From Spirochaetaceae bacterium (GTDB taxonomy: Bacteria > Spirochaetota > Spirochaetia > DSM-2461), in the NCBI GenBank assembly GCA_965224705.1, contig OZ245056.1, positions 128,001 to 192,000 on the forward strand: DNA of 64,000 nt, read 5' to 3'. Position 1 is the stretch's first letter, and each line of letters starts with the position of its first letter. A program made the position numbers and the translations under genes. Positions 11,456 to 20,649 of the stretch are shown here, one piece after another. The notes below the pieces were generated by a model. The model was given only the letters and a program-made list of their open reading frames with translations. It did no database searches and had not been told where the DNA came from.

Positions 11456-12118
11456 TTAGATTTGGCCACTGGTTAGCGCCAGTAATTTGGAACGAAAATA
11501 GTTAAAGCTTGGAGAGGCATTTTGCTCCACATTCATGTGGGGGGCAATTTTTTCAGCCCATTCTGACTTTTCTTTTCCGACCGTTTGCCAACCTTTGTTG
11601 GAAAGCTTGGATGAGCCGCCAGAGTATACTGCATCGGCAAGCTTTTCCCAGGTACCGCAGATAGAATCGTTATCGTATGAATTCAAAGCGGAGTCTTTTG
11701 CCTTCGGATAAGCAGTCTTAAGGGCTGGAATATCACCGAGAAACCACGCCTCACCTTCTTCAATGGCGATACAAAAACGAGTTTCCGGTTTGGGATTGCA
11801 TTGATTCAAAATATCGAGTAGTTCTTCGCGAAAGGCTTTGAGGCATTTATCGTCAAGATCACAAACAAGAATGACCGCAGCCGGGGAGTCGGCTGGATAC
11901 TTGGCGAAAGTGTTGCCATAGCCGCTCAGAAGGCGTGGAAGCCGATCAAGCAGGATACGCCTGCTGGGATCGCCGCTTGCGACGAGGTTTCCCGGAATGC
12001 GGCCTATTCCTTTATATGGATGAACTTTGAACGTGTGGTTAGCACCGATGATTTTTGGAACAAGAATATCCAGGGCCTTTTTGCCGGATTGATCTTCAGC
12101 GAGGATTTCAAAATGCAT
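11456..12118 (-). CDS. DUF4276-like / TOPRIM-like protein
   Basis: EILAEDQS (TOPRIM-like E), CDLDD (DxD), IEEGEAWFLGD, C-terminal NASPSF. Coupled to the upstream ATPase. Confidence 0.7.
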   Translation of the reverse strand: MHFEILAEDQSGKKALDILVPKIIGANHTFKVHPYKGIGRIPGNLVASGDPSRRILLDRLPRLLSGYGNTFAKYPADSPAAVILVCDLDDKCLKAFREELLDILNQCNPKPETRFCIAIEEGEAWFLGDIPALKTAYPKAKDSALNSYDNDSICGTWEKLADAVYSGGSSKLSNKGWQTVGKEKSEWAEKIAPHMNVEQNASPSFNYFRSKLLALTSGQI

Positions 12119-12123
12119 ACAAA

Positions 12124-13416
12124 CTACCTTGCATCAAGATAATCACTGTACCAAAGACCGCCCAGGGGCAATCCTTCGGCCACCATATTTTTAACCAGTT
12201 CATCATCACTGGCTCTGCGTATTTTTGAGAATCCATCTTCGCCTTTTTCTAAAACCCATACCTCTTTGGGTTCAAGTGCGTCGACAAAGTAGGGCTGGTG
12301 GGTAGTGATGAATACTTGTGACCCTCCTTTTCGACCGGTAGCGTGTTCACGAAATTCTGTTGCCAGGGACTCAAGCAGTTTATGATACAAACCGTTTTCC
12401 GGTTCTTCGATACACAGAAACGGCGGTGGCGTCGGATCCTCCAACAATAGAAGATAGGCGAAAACTTTCAAGGTTCCGTCAGACATCTGCTGCGAATAAA
12501 AGGGGTCCTGGAAGCCTTTGTCATTGAATCGAAGCAGCAGCCGGCCATCGTTCGTTTTTTCGGTGTCTATTTTTTCCACACCGGGAATTTTCTCTGCAAT
12601 TCGTTTTAATATTGATTGAAAACGTTTGGGTTGTTCTCGTTCCATAAATTGAACAACATTTCCCAGATTGTCTCCGTGAATGTTGAGATGTTTTTGCGGA
12701 CCGGCAAGGGGGAGACTGCGCGCAGCATCCGGTGTAAAATAACTGAGATACCAACCTTCAATGAACTTTCGAAATGCTGAGATACGCGGGTGTTGTTTGA
12801 GTGAACCCAAAGTTGCGATGCCAAGTTTACGATAATCGTCTAGCTCAATCACCTCAGTTTCTCTGGATTCTTCCTGAGCTTTTCCAGATTTGATGGATTC
12901 CATTAAGCCAACCAGATCAAAGTTGTCTGCTGCTTCATCTATTTCTAAGCCTTCTTGTTCTCCCTTCCAAACAACGCCTTTCCCCTCGTTCAATATGAGA
13001 AAAGAAAAGGGTCTGCCGTGTTTTTGTCCTTTTCTTCGCTGTCGAAAGCGCTCCTTAAAGACATACGGTCGGTCCCTCTTATCAACTTTTATCGAAAGTT
13101 CATAGGTAATTGGGCGGGATTTATTGTCTTCCTTGTAATAAATTTGAAATTCAATGGGGCCGGTTTTTCCCTTGGAAATTAGCTTCGCAAAGCCGCCTCG
13201 TCCTCGGGCCTCACAAGCCTCTTCAACGCCCAGTTTTAAGCAATCAGCCAGAAAACCGAAGGCGTCGAACAGGGTGCTTTTTCCAACGCCGTTTTTTCCG
13301 ATAACCGCGGTCATGGGTGTAATGGGTTCTGTTTTCTGCAAATTCCACAGACGGCCAAGTTTAACATCTTTTAATGATTGGAAATTTTTGATTCGGAATC
13401 CTTCTATTTTAGCCAT
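12124..13416 (-). CDS. ABC/AAA_21-type ATPase
   Basis: Walker A GKNGVGKS, signature MSDGT, Walker B CIEEPENGLY, H-loop ITTHQP. Confidence 0.88.
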   Translation of the reverse strand: MAKIEGFRIKNFQSLKDVKLGRLWNLQKTEPITPMTAVIGKNGVGKSTLFDAFGFLADCLKLGVEEACEARGRGGFAKLISKGKTGPIEFQIYYKEDNKSRPITYELSIKVDKRDRPYVFKERFRQRRKGQKHGRPFSFLILNEGKGVVWKGEQEGLEIDEAADNFDLVGLMESIKSGKAQEESRETEVIELDDYRKLGIATLGSLKQHPRISAFRKFIEGWYLSYFTPDAARSLPLAGPQKHLNIHGDNLGNVVQFMEREQPKRFQSILKRIAEKIPGVEKIDTEKTNDGRLLLRFNDKGFQDPFYSQQMSDGTLKVFAYLLLLEDPTPPPFLCIEEPENGLYHKLLESLATEFREHATGRKGGSQVFITTHQPYFVDALEPKEVWVLEKGEDGFSKIRRASDDELVKNMVAEGLPLGGLWYSDYLDAR

Positions 13417-13549
13417 TGCGCATCTCCCTGACCATCAAATTTCTGTTTGTCCCGTGCACCGCCACTTGTAAAGTAATCGAAAAGAACCGCTCTGGATAAT
13501 CACTGAGATGAGAGCGAATGAGAGATTTTATTTGTTCAGCAGTTACCAT
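13409..13549 (-). pseudogene. 5' stub of an IetA-like AAA ATPase
   Basis: 46-codon ORF below the track cutoff, MVTAEQIKSLIRSHLSDYPERFFSITLQVA, resembling the N-terminus of AAA ATPases paired with S8 peptidases. Confidence 0.6.
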
Positions 13550-13561
13550 TTTATCACCATC

Positions 13562-13840
13562 TTACTGTTTTTTTGTTGGAGTCGTCGGCTTCGCTGTTTG
13601 GTGGTCTTGTGGAAGTCTACTTGCGTAATCATTCACAATTAAACCTCCAATTATACTAACCCCCAAAGTTACAATGATACCCCAAAGTATTTTCCTAAAA
13701 CGACGCATCAATTTAAAGGGCAAAATATCAAGGGTGCAGTTGTTTGGGTGCGTAAATTTTTCGAACAAGAAGCGTAGTTGTTCTTCCAGGTACTCAGCGG
13801 TGGTTTGTTGGACGAGTGTATCTTCGGTGTAATCGTTCAT
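13562..13840 (-). pseudogene. HsdR N-terminal stub fused to a short hydrophobic segment
   Basis: First ~20 aa nearly identical to the HsdR N-terminus, then unrelated sequence with a TM-like ILWGIIVTLGVSIIGGLIV. Confidence 0.6.
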
Positions 13841-15600
13841 TTGTCCGGCCTCTCAAATCTCAATCCAAGCAAACTGCCAGAAGGCGTTGCATCAGAAAGT
13901 TTAAGCCGAACATAATCTCCGAATTTGAAGTCATCTGAAAAGTCAGATGATGGAATCATATCAGAATTAATTGTACAAATATACTGACCGCCGAGTGTTG
14001 TTGATATTTCATGTGCTCGCTCAAATGCAAGCGCACGCTGGCGAGCATCAACAGAGTCGTACATCAGAGTATCGTGAATAAGAAAATCGATACCTGAGCG
14101 ACTCTCCATTTGTAGTTGAAGTACCGCGAGGTCAAAGCAGAAAATTTTCATCTTCTCAATTCCCTCACTGCCACTTCGTTCAATATCTACTTTATATTTA
14201 TAACCAGTCTCTCCTACATCAATCACGAGTTTTCCTGGAGATTTATATAAAGCTTGCGAATGTTCGTTGAAAAGCCCGACAGCTTTCGACCATATTTCCC
14301 GCCTCTGTTCGTGATCGATTTCCGCTGTTCTTACAAGCTCAACTTTAGCAACCTTTACATCTCTTTTCGTAGTTTTAAGATTCTTCATCTCACGCAACCG
14401 CGCTTGAATTCTTTCTAACGAACCTTGTAAAACCAAATGCCGTTCTTGGAGCTTTGTCATTTCTTGAAGAGCACCGTGGGTTTTTAGGATTTGCATCACC
14501 TCGGCGCGCTCGTCAGTAAGTTCATTTATTCTCAACTTTCGGTCGCTGATCGCTTTTTGTATTCTTGAGATTTCAGTAGATAAGAAATCTCGACGGTTAG
14601 TGATTATCGCCTTATGAAACGTTCTAGCTTCTTCCATCGTTCGTTTGACAGCATCAGGGAATACCAATCCGGATTCCTGGTATAACTTATCAAGAGACAT
14701 TGTACCGGGTGGTTTTTCATCAGCGATGGATTCTTCATACCGTGACAGACGACGGCGATCAGAAACATTGAGGTTGGCTAACGAATGTATTTCTTTAGTA
14801 AGTTTATCAGCATCCTTTTGGATGGATTCGTACTGTGGATGGACCTTGAATGAATCCAAAGCGATCTTTGCGGCTGAGGTTTGCTGTTCCAGTTGAATTC
14901 GCTGCGTTTCCAACTCTCCTACTGTTCCGACAGCTCTTTCCATTGCACCGGTCTTAATCGCTTTTTCGATGGCTTTGACGCCTTCTTCCTGGTCTTTTAG
15001 TCCTTGCCATATTAAAGCGTTTTCCCAATTCATACCAAGGAGATATGCGGTGTGTAGCTGGATATCCCAGGTTATTTGATGGCGAAAATGACGGAATGGA
15101 CTCGTGTATGCATCAGGTCCTCTTCGAATGAAGTATGAAACCAAGCTTCTAAAACTTGGTTTATAAGCGTGCTGATCTGCGGACCGAGGCAGTCCAAAAA
15201 GAGTCCGACCAAGCAATTCTCGCCATCGTTCTATCTTGAAAACATGCTCACCGGTTTTCTCATCAACGTCGGGTTGTTCCGGCCAATTAGCTGTGTTTCC
15301 TTCTATGACGATACGACTGTGCTCTTCCACCGATCTGGTGACCTTTACGCGAGAACGGTTGATGGTGATGTCAACCGTGAAAGACCAATTGCTCAGCGGT
15401 TCAATAATCAGGCCGGATCCTTTTCTCGCACGACTTCCAAGGCAAAAATCTATGATTTCCAGCAATGTTGATTTACCGAGACCATTACGAGTATCTTTTT
15501 CGGAAGAGCTTTCAGTGCGATCCGCAAGAATAACATTGAGCCCACTGGAAAATTGTACAGTATGGAAAGAAGATTGGTTCGCTGTGACGCTGTGGATCAT
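13837..15600 (-). CDS. lmuB: Lamassu / ABC-three-component SMC-like ATPase (DUF2326)
   Basis: Walker A RNGLGKST, long coiled coil, SGSEG signature, FLIHDT...DSVDARQ, YICTINSD. Confidence 0.85.
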   Translation of the reverse strand: MIHSVTANQSSFHTVQFSSGLNVILADRTESSSEKDTRNGLGKSTLLEIIDFCLGSRARKGSGLIIEPLSNWSFTVDITINRSRVKVTRSVEEHSRIVIEGNTANWPEQPDVDEKTGEHVFKIERWRELLGRTLFGLPRSADQHAYKPSFRSLVSYFIRRGPDAYTSPFRHFRHQITWDIQLHTAYLLGMNWENALIWQGLKDQEEGVKAIEKAIKTGAMERAVGTVGELETQRIQLEQQTSAAKIALDSFKVHPQYESIQKDADKLTKEIHSLANLNVSDRRRLSRYEESIADEKPPGTMSLDKLYQESGLVFPDAVKRTMEEARTFHKAIITNRRDFLSTEISRIQKAISDRKLRINELTDERAEVMQILKTHGALQEMTKLQERHLVLQGSLERIQARLREMKNLKTTKRDVKVAKVELVRTAEIDHEQRREIWSKAVGLFNEHSQALYKSPGKLVIDVGETGYKYKVDIERSGSEGIEKMKIFCFDLAVLQLQMESRSGIDFLIHDTLMYDSVDARQRALAFERAHEISTTLGGQYICTINSDMIPSSDFSDDFKFGDYVRLKLSDATPSGSLLGLRFERPDK

Positions 15601-15824
15601 ACCTCCCCCCTATTGATCAAACCATTCTTTAGATTTACGACACCGGTGATGTAGAGGAGGTCGAGCGCCAAAACGAATCTCTCATACGTCCCCACAGCGT
15701 GGTTTTCCCGAACTTTTTCCCATAGGCTTGTAATCGTTTGCGATTTTTCGAGGTGCGTCAATAGCACGCCACCGATGCCCAGCAATGCTTGTTCTTCCGA
15801 GATGTGTTTGGATGGTAGAATCAT
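15597..15824 (-). CDS. lmuC: Lamassu / ABC-three-component middle component
   Basis: 75 aa, MILPSKHI...LLGIG...FVLALDLLY, wHTH-like. Overlaps both neighbours by 4 nt. Confidence 0.8.
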   Translation of the reverse strand: MILPSKHISEEQALLGIGGVLLTHLEKSQTITSLWEKVRENHAVGTYERFVLALDLLYITGVVNLKNGLINRGEV

Positions 15825-16594
15825 TTTTCAAACACCTCGCAAGCCTCGAAGAGGTGTATCAGCACAGCCAGCCCGGCAGAACGTTGCGCTTGTCGCTGAA
15901 ACCCTTGTTGCGCAAATCGACACATTAATTCGAAAAGCTCACCACCTTTGCCGCCATTTTTTTTTATACGCCAATATTCAGAAAGAAATCCTGCTTTGAG
16001 TCTCTCAGGAAAATCCTGGTCAGTTTGTGCAACGCTTTCGATGTACCTTGCTACTTCATTGGCAACCCCAAGCCCCATGGCAATAACACCTCGCGCATCG
16101 GCATTGAGGTCGTTTTTCTGAATTTTGTCTTCGACTTTCAGTAGCGAGTAATCGTTTGTAACCGCAGACGGCAGAATTGTAGAAGCCCATTGAGTAGCCT
16201 CCTGTAGTTCTGCGAAACTGACATCTGCGAAAGCGTCAATCATTGCCTGGCGGACTTTTGTCTCATGTTCGGTCTTGATCAGATGCAATCTAGAAACTGG
16301 ATAATCGTCTTCACCTTGGGGGATTGCATCGATCACCGTATGGCAGGCTGGGCATAGGTATATAAGATTGTTGTAGTGATTACGCTCATCATCTGTCATA
16401 TTGGAATCGTAACGTGCCGACCTCTGTTTTTTCCCCTTGCCGTCATGTTCCCCAGCGATGTGAGCAGCCTCACCAATGTTTGTAGGATTTCCTGATGTGC
16501 TATCTGGCGTAAGCCGTTTTCCACAACCAGGTAACGCACAGAGATCTCCACTGCGATAGGCAAGTAACAGTTTGGTGGGATATGAAACGCTCAT
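15821..16594 (-). CDS. lmuA: Lamassu effector: HNH endonuclease + ABC-3C C-terminal domain
   Basis: CALPGC, GEAAHI, NLIYLCPACHTVID (HNH). C-terminal KIQKNDL...HLFEACEVFEK typical of ABC-3C CTDs. Confidence 0.82.
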   Translation of the reverse strand: MSVSYPTKLLLAYRSGDLCALPGCGKRLTPDSTSGNPTNIGEAAHIAGEHDGKGKKQRSARYDSNMTDDERNHYNNLIYLCPACHTVIDAIPQGEDDYPVSRLHLIKTEHETKVRQAMIDAFADVSFAELQEATQWASTILPSAVTNDYSLLKVEDKIQKNDLNADARGVIAMGLGVANEVARYIESVAQTDQDFPERLKAGFLSEYWRIKKNGGKGGELFELMCRFAQQGFQRQAQRSAGLAVLIHLFEACEVFEK

Positions 16595-17765
16595 ACTGCC
16601 ACCTCACCGTTCATCAGGCGTGGGAGTAGTTTATCTCTGGCACTGACAAGATGTTCGTTGATTAGTTGCAGTTTTTCTATCTGCTCGGCGACAGTACCTG
16701 CAAAATCATCGAAATGCTTCAAAAGACTCGCGGGGGGATGAAGACATCTAATCCGGTGCACGTCGTTTCGATTCAATGTAGGTACGGCCGCTCCCCCGTT
16801 GTATTGCTCAAGGTGCATTTCAGAGAGGAGGTGAGTTGCAAACAATGGCCCTATTTTCTTAAATTTCTTGACCCATAGAGCTGTATTTAGGGGCCAGAAG
16901 TCGCAAGGTACATACATCACTGTACCGAGTGCCCCTGAGCGGCCCGTAACAACACCGGGACCCTTGACCTTGGCCACGTTGTGATATCCGTTGATACCTG
17001 TTGAAGCATAAATCGGAAATAGGCCTTCCTTGCGTTGTTTTACAGGTAGGTCGAAACCTCTCTGTAACGTGAGAAGCTCGCCCAGCGGCGGTTTACTCCA
17101 CCCTTCCGGCACACCATCTCTAATCTTCACATGCTCATGACCGGGAAACCGGAGATGAACAAACCACTCTTTGTAAAGCAGCCGAGCCGCCTGCTCCAGC
17201 AACTGAATTCGCCGTCGGTTGTTTTCAATTAGGTCATCATAGGCGGAGAGTACAGTCGCGATATCGCGTTGCTCCGAGAGTGATGGGCAAGGAACCTCAA
17301 AATTACGAAGAACTGTTAGATTGATATGAGGCACGCCAGATGAAGACACATAATTCTGAATCTTCTGGATCGCTTGATTACTTGAGAAGTAGTAGTAGAT
17401 GAATTGACGGTCAGCTTTTGAAGGATCAACAGTCATTTTCATCTGGCTTGAGATACGACATATCTATCAAACCGACTGTCTTCGGGAATTATGGAAACCT
17501 GTCCAAGTGTACCCCTCTGCGTGAAAACAAGGTCAAGTGGGGCAGCAAGATTTCCAAATAAGTCTTTCCTAACCTTCTCTTCTGAGACGAAAACGAAGTC
17601 ATCATCATCAAGATATCGTCCGCTGTTCAGGTTGCTACCGCGTATAACGGGAACACCATCGTCTAGATAATCTCGAGAGGTAAGTTTCGAACCAAAAGGA
17701 CCACCAACCAATGCGTACGGAACATCCGCTGCCAACGTTTCCAATTTGACCGTAGGCCAGCTCAT
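16591..17765 (-). pseudogene. hsdS: type I R-M specificity subunit S, frameshifted near 17450
   Basis: GGPFGS TRD1, conserved spacer LSAYDDLIENNRRRIQLLEQAARLLYKEWF, TRD2, RDKLLPRLMNG. Adding one A to TCTCAAGCCAG restores SQSQMKM. Confidence 0.88.
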
Positions 17766-19870
17766 ACCCCCAACTCCTCAAAATTCTTCTTTATCGCCGC
17801 CGCAAGATTCACCGCCTCTGCGTTGAGATCTTCAAGTTCAACATGTATTTCACGCATGGCCTCTTCAAAATCGAAATCCTCGTCTTCCTCTTCGGGTGCC
17901 ACACCCACGTAGCGTCCCGGCGTCAGTGACCAATCGTTGGCTTCAATTTCGGCTCGGCCGACCAGTTTGACAAGGCCTTCCACATCGCAGAGTTTTGCTT
18001 CGGGGAAGCGTTCGGTGAGCCAGTGGACTTGTCTCCAGAAGTAGCGAACCTGCTTTAGCTGTTCAACAGCAAGGCTTCGCGCTTCATCGGCCATTTTGCG
18101 GACTTTGGTGATCTCTTTTCCAGACCAGGAAGCGCTCTCCCGTGCAGCGCATTGGTTCACACAGGTTTCGATGAGCCTGGTTGCGATCTTGAAGAGCAGA
18201 TCCGTTTGCTTCACCAGATTTCTACTGGACTCTGCAAGGGTTGACAGTCGGTCCACGGCTTTTTTGAGTTCGCCGTTGCTGGTTTTCTGCTTTTTCCAGG
18301 CGGTCTGTTGTTTCGTTAATTCGGAATTGAAGGCTTCGACATCCATCGTGAAAGCCGGGATGGCCGTGTTGAATTCGGACCAGGCTTCCGAATGGGCACC
18401 ATCTTTACCCAGAGTCTTGATGAAGGGATTCACGGCCTTTTTCAACGATTCCAGAGAGGATGAGAAATCCGGCAGGGGCGTGGTGCGGTCAACATCCCGA
18501 GCCTGGAAGCAGCCCTTAGATTCGGCAAGCATTCGTCGACAATAGCCGCTGACTATGTCGAGGTACTTCTTCGTCTGGCCGCGATGGAGGGCGACAATCG
18601 AGAGAATATTCTGCTCCTGCTCGGGACTGAAGTCGTAGATTTTGCGCGTGACCTTTCGGTATATGTTTCGCCCATCGATCATCAAGACCTTGCCCTGATG
18701 CTGTTTTGGCTTATCCCGATTCAAAAACCACAGCTCACAGGGCACGGTACGGGTGTAAAAGAAGTTGGAACGAATGGCGATCATCACATCCACATCGCCA
18801 GACTCGATCAGCTTCTGCCGCACCTTGGCTTCATCGCGTCCGGCGCTGGAGGCCTGGGAAGACATAACAAATCCGGCGCGGCCCTTTTTGTTTAGATAGC
18901 TGTAAAAATAGCTGATCCACACATAGTTGCCGTTGGAAACCTTGTCTTTCTTGTTCACGCCGGGAAGCCCAAAGGGTAGACGCGGATCGGTTTTCACTTT
19001 GTCAGCGTCAATCTCATCGACATTGAATGGTGGATTGGCCATCACATAGTCGGCCTTGCCGACCAACTTATGGGGATCCTCATAGTAGGTGATGGCTTTT
19101 TTGATATCGCCTTCAAGGCCGTGAACCGCCAAATTCATCTTGGCCAAGCGAATCGTGGTGGCGTTCTTTTCCAAGCCCCGAAACGTGAGTTGTTCGGTTG
19201 GACTCAGTCCCTGCTCTTCCACAGTTCGGGCGCTCTGGACAAACATTCCGCCGGAGCCGCAGGCCGGGTCGAGAACAGTGCCCCGTTCGGGGTCCAAAAC
19301 ATGAGCGATAAGCGATACCAGAGAGACCGGCGTGAAGAATTCACCACCATCGTGGGCCTTTTGGTCGGCAAACTGAGTAAGAAAATACTCGTAGATACGG
19401 CCAAAGACATCTCCAGAGATTTTTTTCAGTTCATCCGGGTTGAGCGTGCGCAAAAGCTGACCAAGGACCTGATTGTCCAGTTCCTGATATTCACTCTTGG
19501 GCAGCACCCCGCGAAGGTTCTCATAATCTTTCTCAATGGATTCCATGGCGTTTATGATCGCTTTGGCGCGGTCTTTGTTGTCAGGAAGAGATACCAGCGT
19601 GTCGAATTGTGCTTTTTCTTGCAGGAAAATAGCGCCTTTCTGGGAAAAATCCTCTTTTGTCAGTGCCCTTGTTTTTCCGCTGCGTTTCGGCAGATTGGCT
19701 TCGATTCCTGTCTTTACCATCAGATATCGGCTGTAGGCATGGCGTAGAAACACAAGGCCCATGACTGGCAGAAAGTATTCATTGCTGGCATAGTTGGAGT
19801 TGGCCCGCAGGGTATCCGCTGCATTCCAGAGCCGTTTTTCGATTGCTTCAATATGTTCCAGTTGCGCCAT
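17762..19870 (-). CDS. hsdM: type I R-M N6-adenine methyltransferase subunit M
   Basis: LWNAADTLRANS, GEFFTP, DPACGSGGMF, NPPF, WSLTPGRYVG. Start moved to ATG 19870. Confidence 0.93.
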   Translation of the reverse strand: MAQLEHIEAIEKRLWNAADTLRANSNYASNEYFLPVMGLVFLRHAYSRYLMVKTGIEANLPKRSGKTRALTKEDFSQKGAIFLQEKAQFDTLVSLPDNKDRAKAIINAMESIEKDYENLRGVLPKSEYQELDNQVLGQLLRTLNPDELKKISGDVFGRIYEYFLTQFADQKAHDGGEFFTPVSLVSLIAHVLDPERGTVLDPACGSGGMFVQSARTVEEQGLSPTEQLTFRGLEKNATTIRLAKMNLAVHGLEGDIKKAITYYEDPHKLVGKADYVMANPPFNVDEIDADKVKTDPRLPFGLPGVNKKDKVSNGNYVWISYFYSYLNKKGRAGFVMSSQASSAGRDEAKVRQKLIESGDVDVMIAIRSNFFYTRTVPCELWFLNRDKPKQHQGKVLMIDGRNIYRKVTRKIYDFSPEQEQNILSIVALHRGQTKKYLDIVSGYCRRMLAESKGCFQARDVDRTTPLPDFSSSLESLKKAVNPFIKTLGKDGAHSEAWSEFNTAIPAFTMDVEAFNSELTKQQTAWKKQKTSNGELKKAVDRLSTLAESSRNLVKQTDLLFKIATRLIETCVNQCAARESASWSGKEITKVRKMADEARSLAVEQLKQVRYFWRQVHWLTERFPEAKLCDVEGLVKLVGRAEIEANDWSLTPGRYVGVAPEEEDEDFDFEEAMREIHVELEDLNAEAVNLAAAIKKNFEELGV

Positions 19871-20045
19871 TGTTATTCGTTCTCCATGCTTCCCCATCGT
19901 TCGCAGCAGTTCTTCAATCTTCTTCAACGCGAGGGGCAGCGATTTTGCTTTTCCATTTCCCCGGCGAGTGATGGTTGGAAACGTCAGCCGGGTTTAGCCG
20001 CGAGTTTTTCCTGGGTCAGGTTCGTTCTTTCTCTAAGCCGTATTT
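19871..20045 (-). pseudogene. degenerate XRE/Cro HTH regulator upstream of hsdM
   Basis: Translation across one frameshift gives LRERTNLTQEKLAAKPG/TFPTITRRGNGKAKSLPLALKKIEELL, an HTH_3 pattern. Confidence 0.65.
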
Positions 20046-20187
20046 CTCACGAATAAAGTGAAAAAAGAGGTCTCATCTCTGATAGTTATTAGTAGATATA
20101 GAATTAACCTATCAAACAAAGAACCTTTTATGAATACAGAGTGTAGCTCAAAACAATTGATCTTGCAAGATCTTGGGAAGTGGGAAA

Positions 20188-20545
20188 TGTCAACACCGGA
20201 CTAGAATTGCAGATTATCACCGAGTTATACTGCAGTCTTCGGCATGTTTTTTTAAAGTCAACGACTCCTATTTTCATTCTAACCTTCATGCAGTATGAAT
20301 CTCCCTTAAGACTAACTACATGAAAATGGTGAAGAAGTCTGTCTAAAGTAGCCGTCGCAACTGGCGCCATTTGCCATAATTTCATCCAACTTCCCGAAAA
20401 CTTTATTACTCGTTAATACTATGGAACCATGTTCATGTCAAGTGCCGATGAGCTGTGAAGAGAAGCGATCTGTCCAACATTTAGATTTTCATAACCGACC
20501 TCATCAATTAATAGTACATGTGACTTTCAAAACATTTTTCCTAAA
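20188..20545 (-). pseudogene. istB: IS21 family istB remnant with terminal TGT end
   Basis: Fragments HVLLIDEVGY, HGSIVLTSNK, ATLDRLLHH...KGDSY across broken frames. Element end TGTCAACACCGG at 20188. Confidence 0.8.
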
Positions 20546-20649
20546 TTGAAAGAGGTAGTATTCCTACATTGGGAGAGTAGCTTTCGTTATATTTAAAAAG
20601 TGTTTAGGTAAAAATATGCCTGATGAAAGTCATTAAAATATCGTTAGAG

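Larger units (their letters stand above)
6813..11456 (-). pseudogene. hsdR: type I restriction endonuclease subunit R, disrupted
   Basis: Four ORF pieces: nuclease D...ECK (10644-11456), HTQGAGKS and DEAH (9853-10599), WLTGFD and QAIARANR (7552-8502), C-terminal domain (6813-7598). Interrupted by ISL3 at 8579-9956 and frameshifts near 10650 and 7575. Confidence 0.92.
11385..13839. repeat. 56-bp direct repeat of the hsdR 5' end
   Basis: 11385-11440 and 13784-13839 match at 54 of 56 positions. Both encode NDYTEDTLVQQTTAEYLE. Confidence 0.9.
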
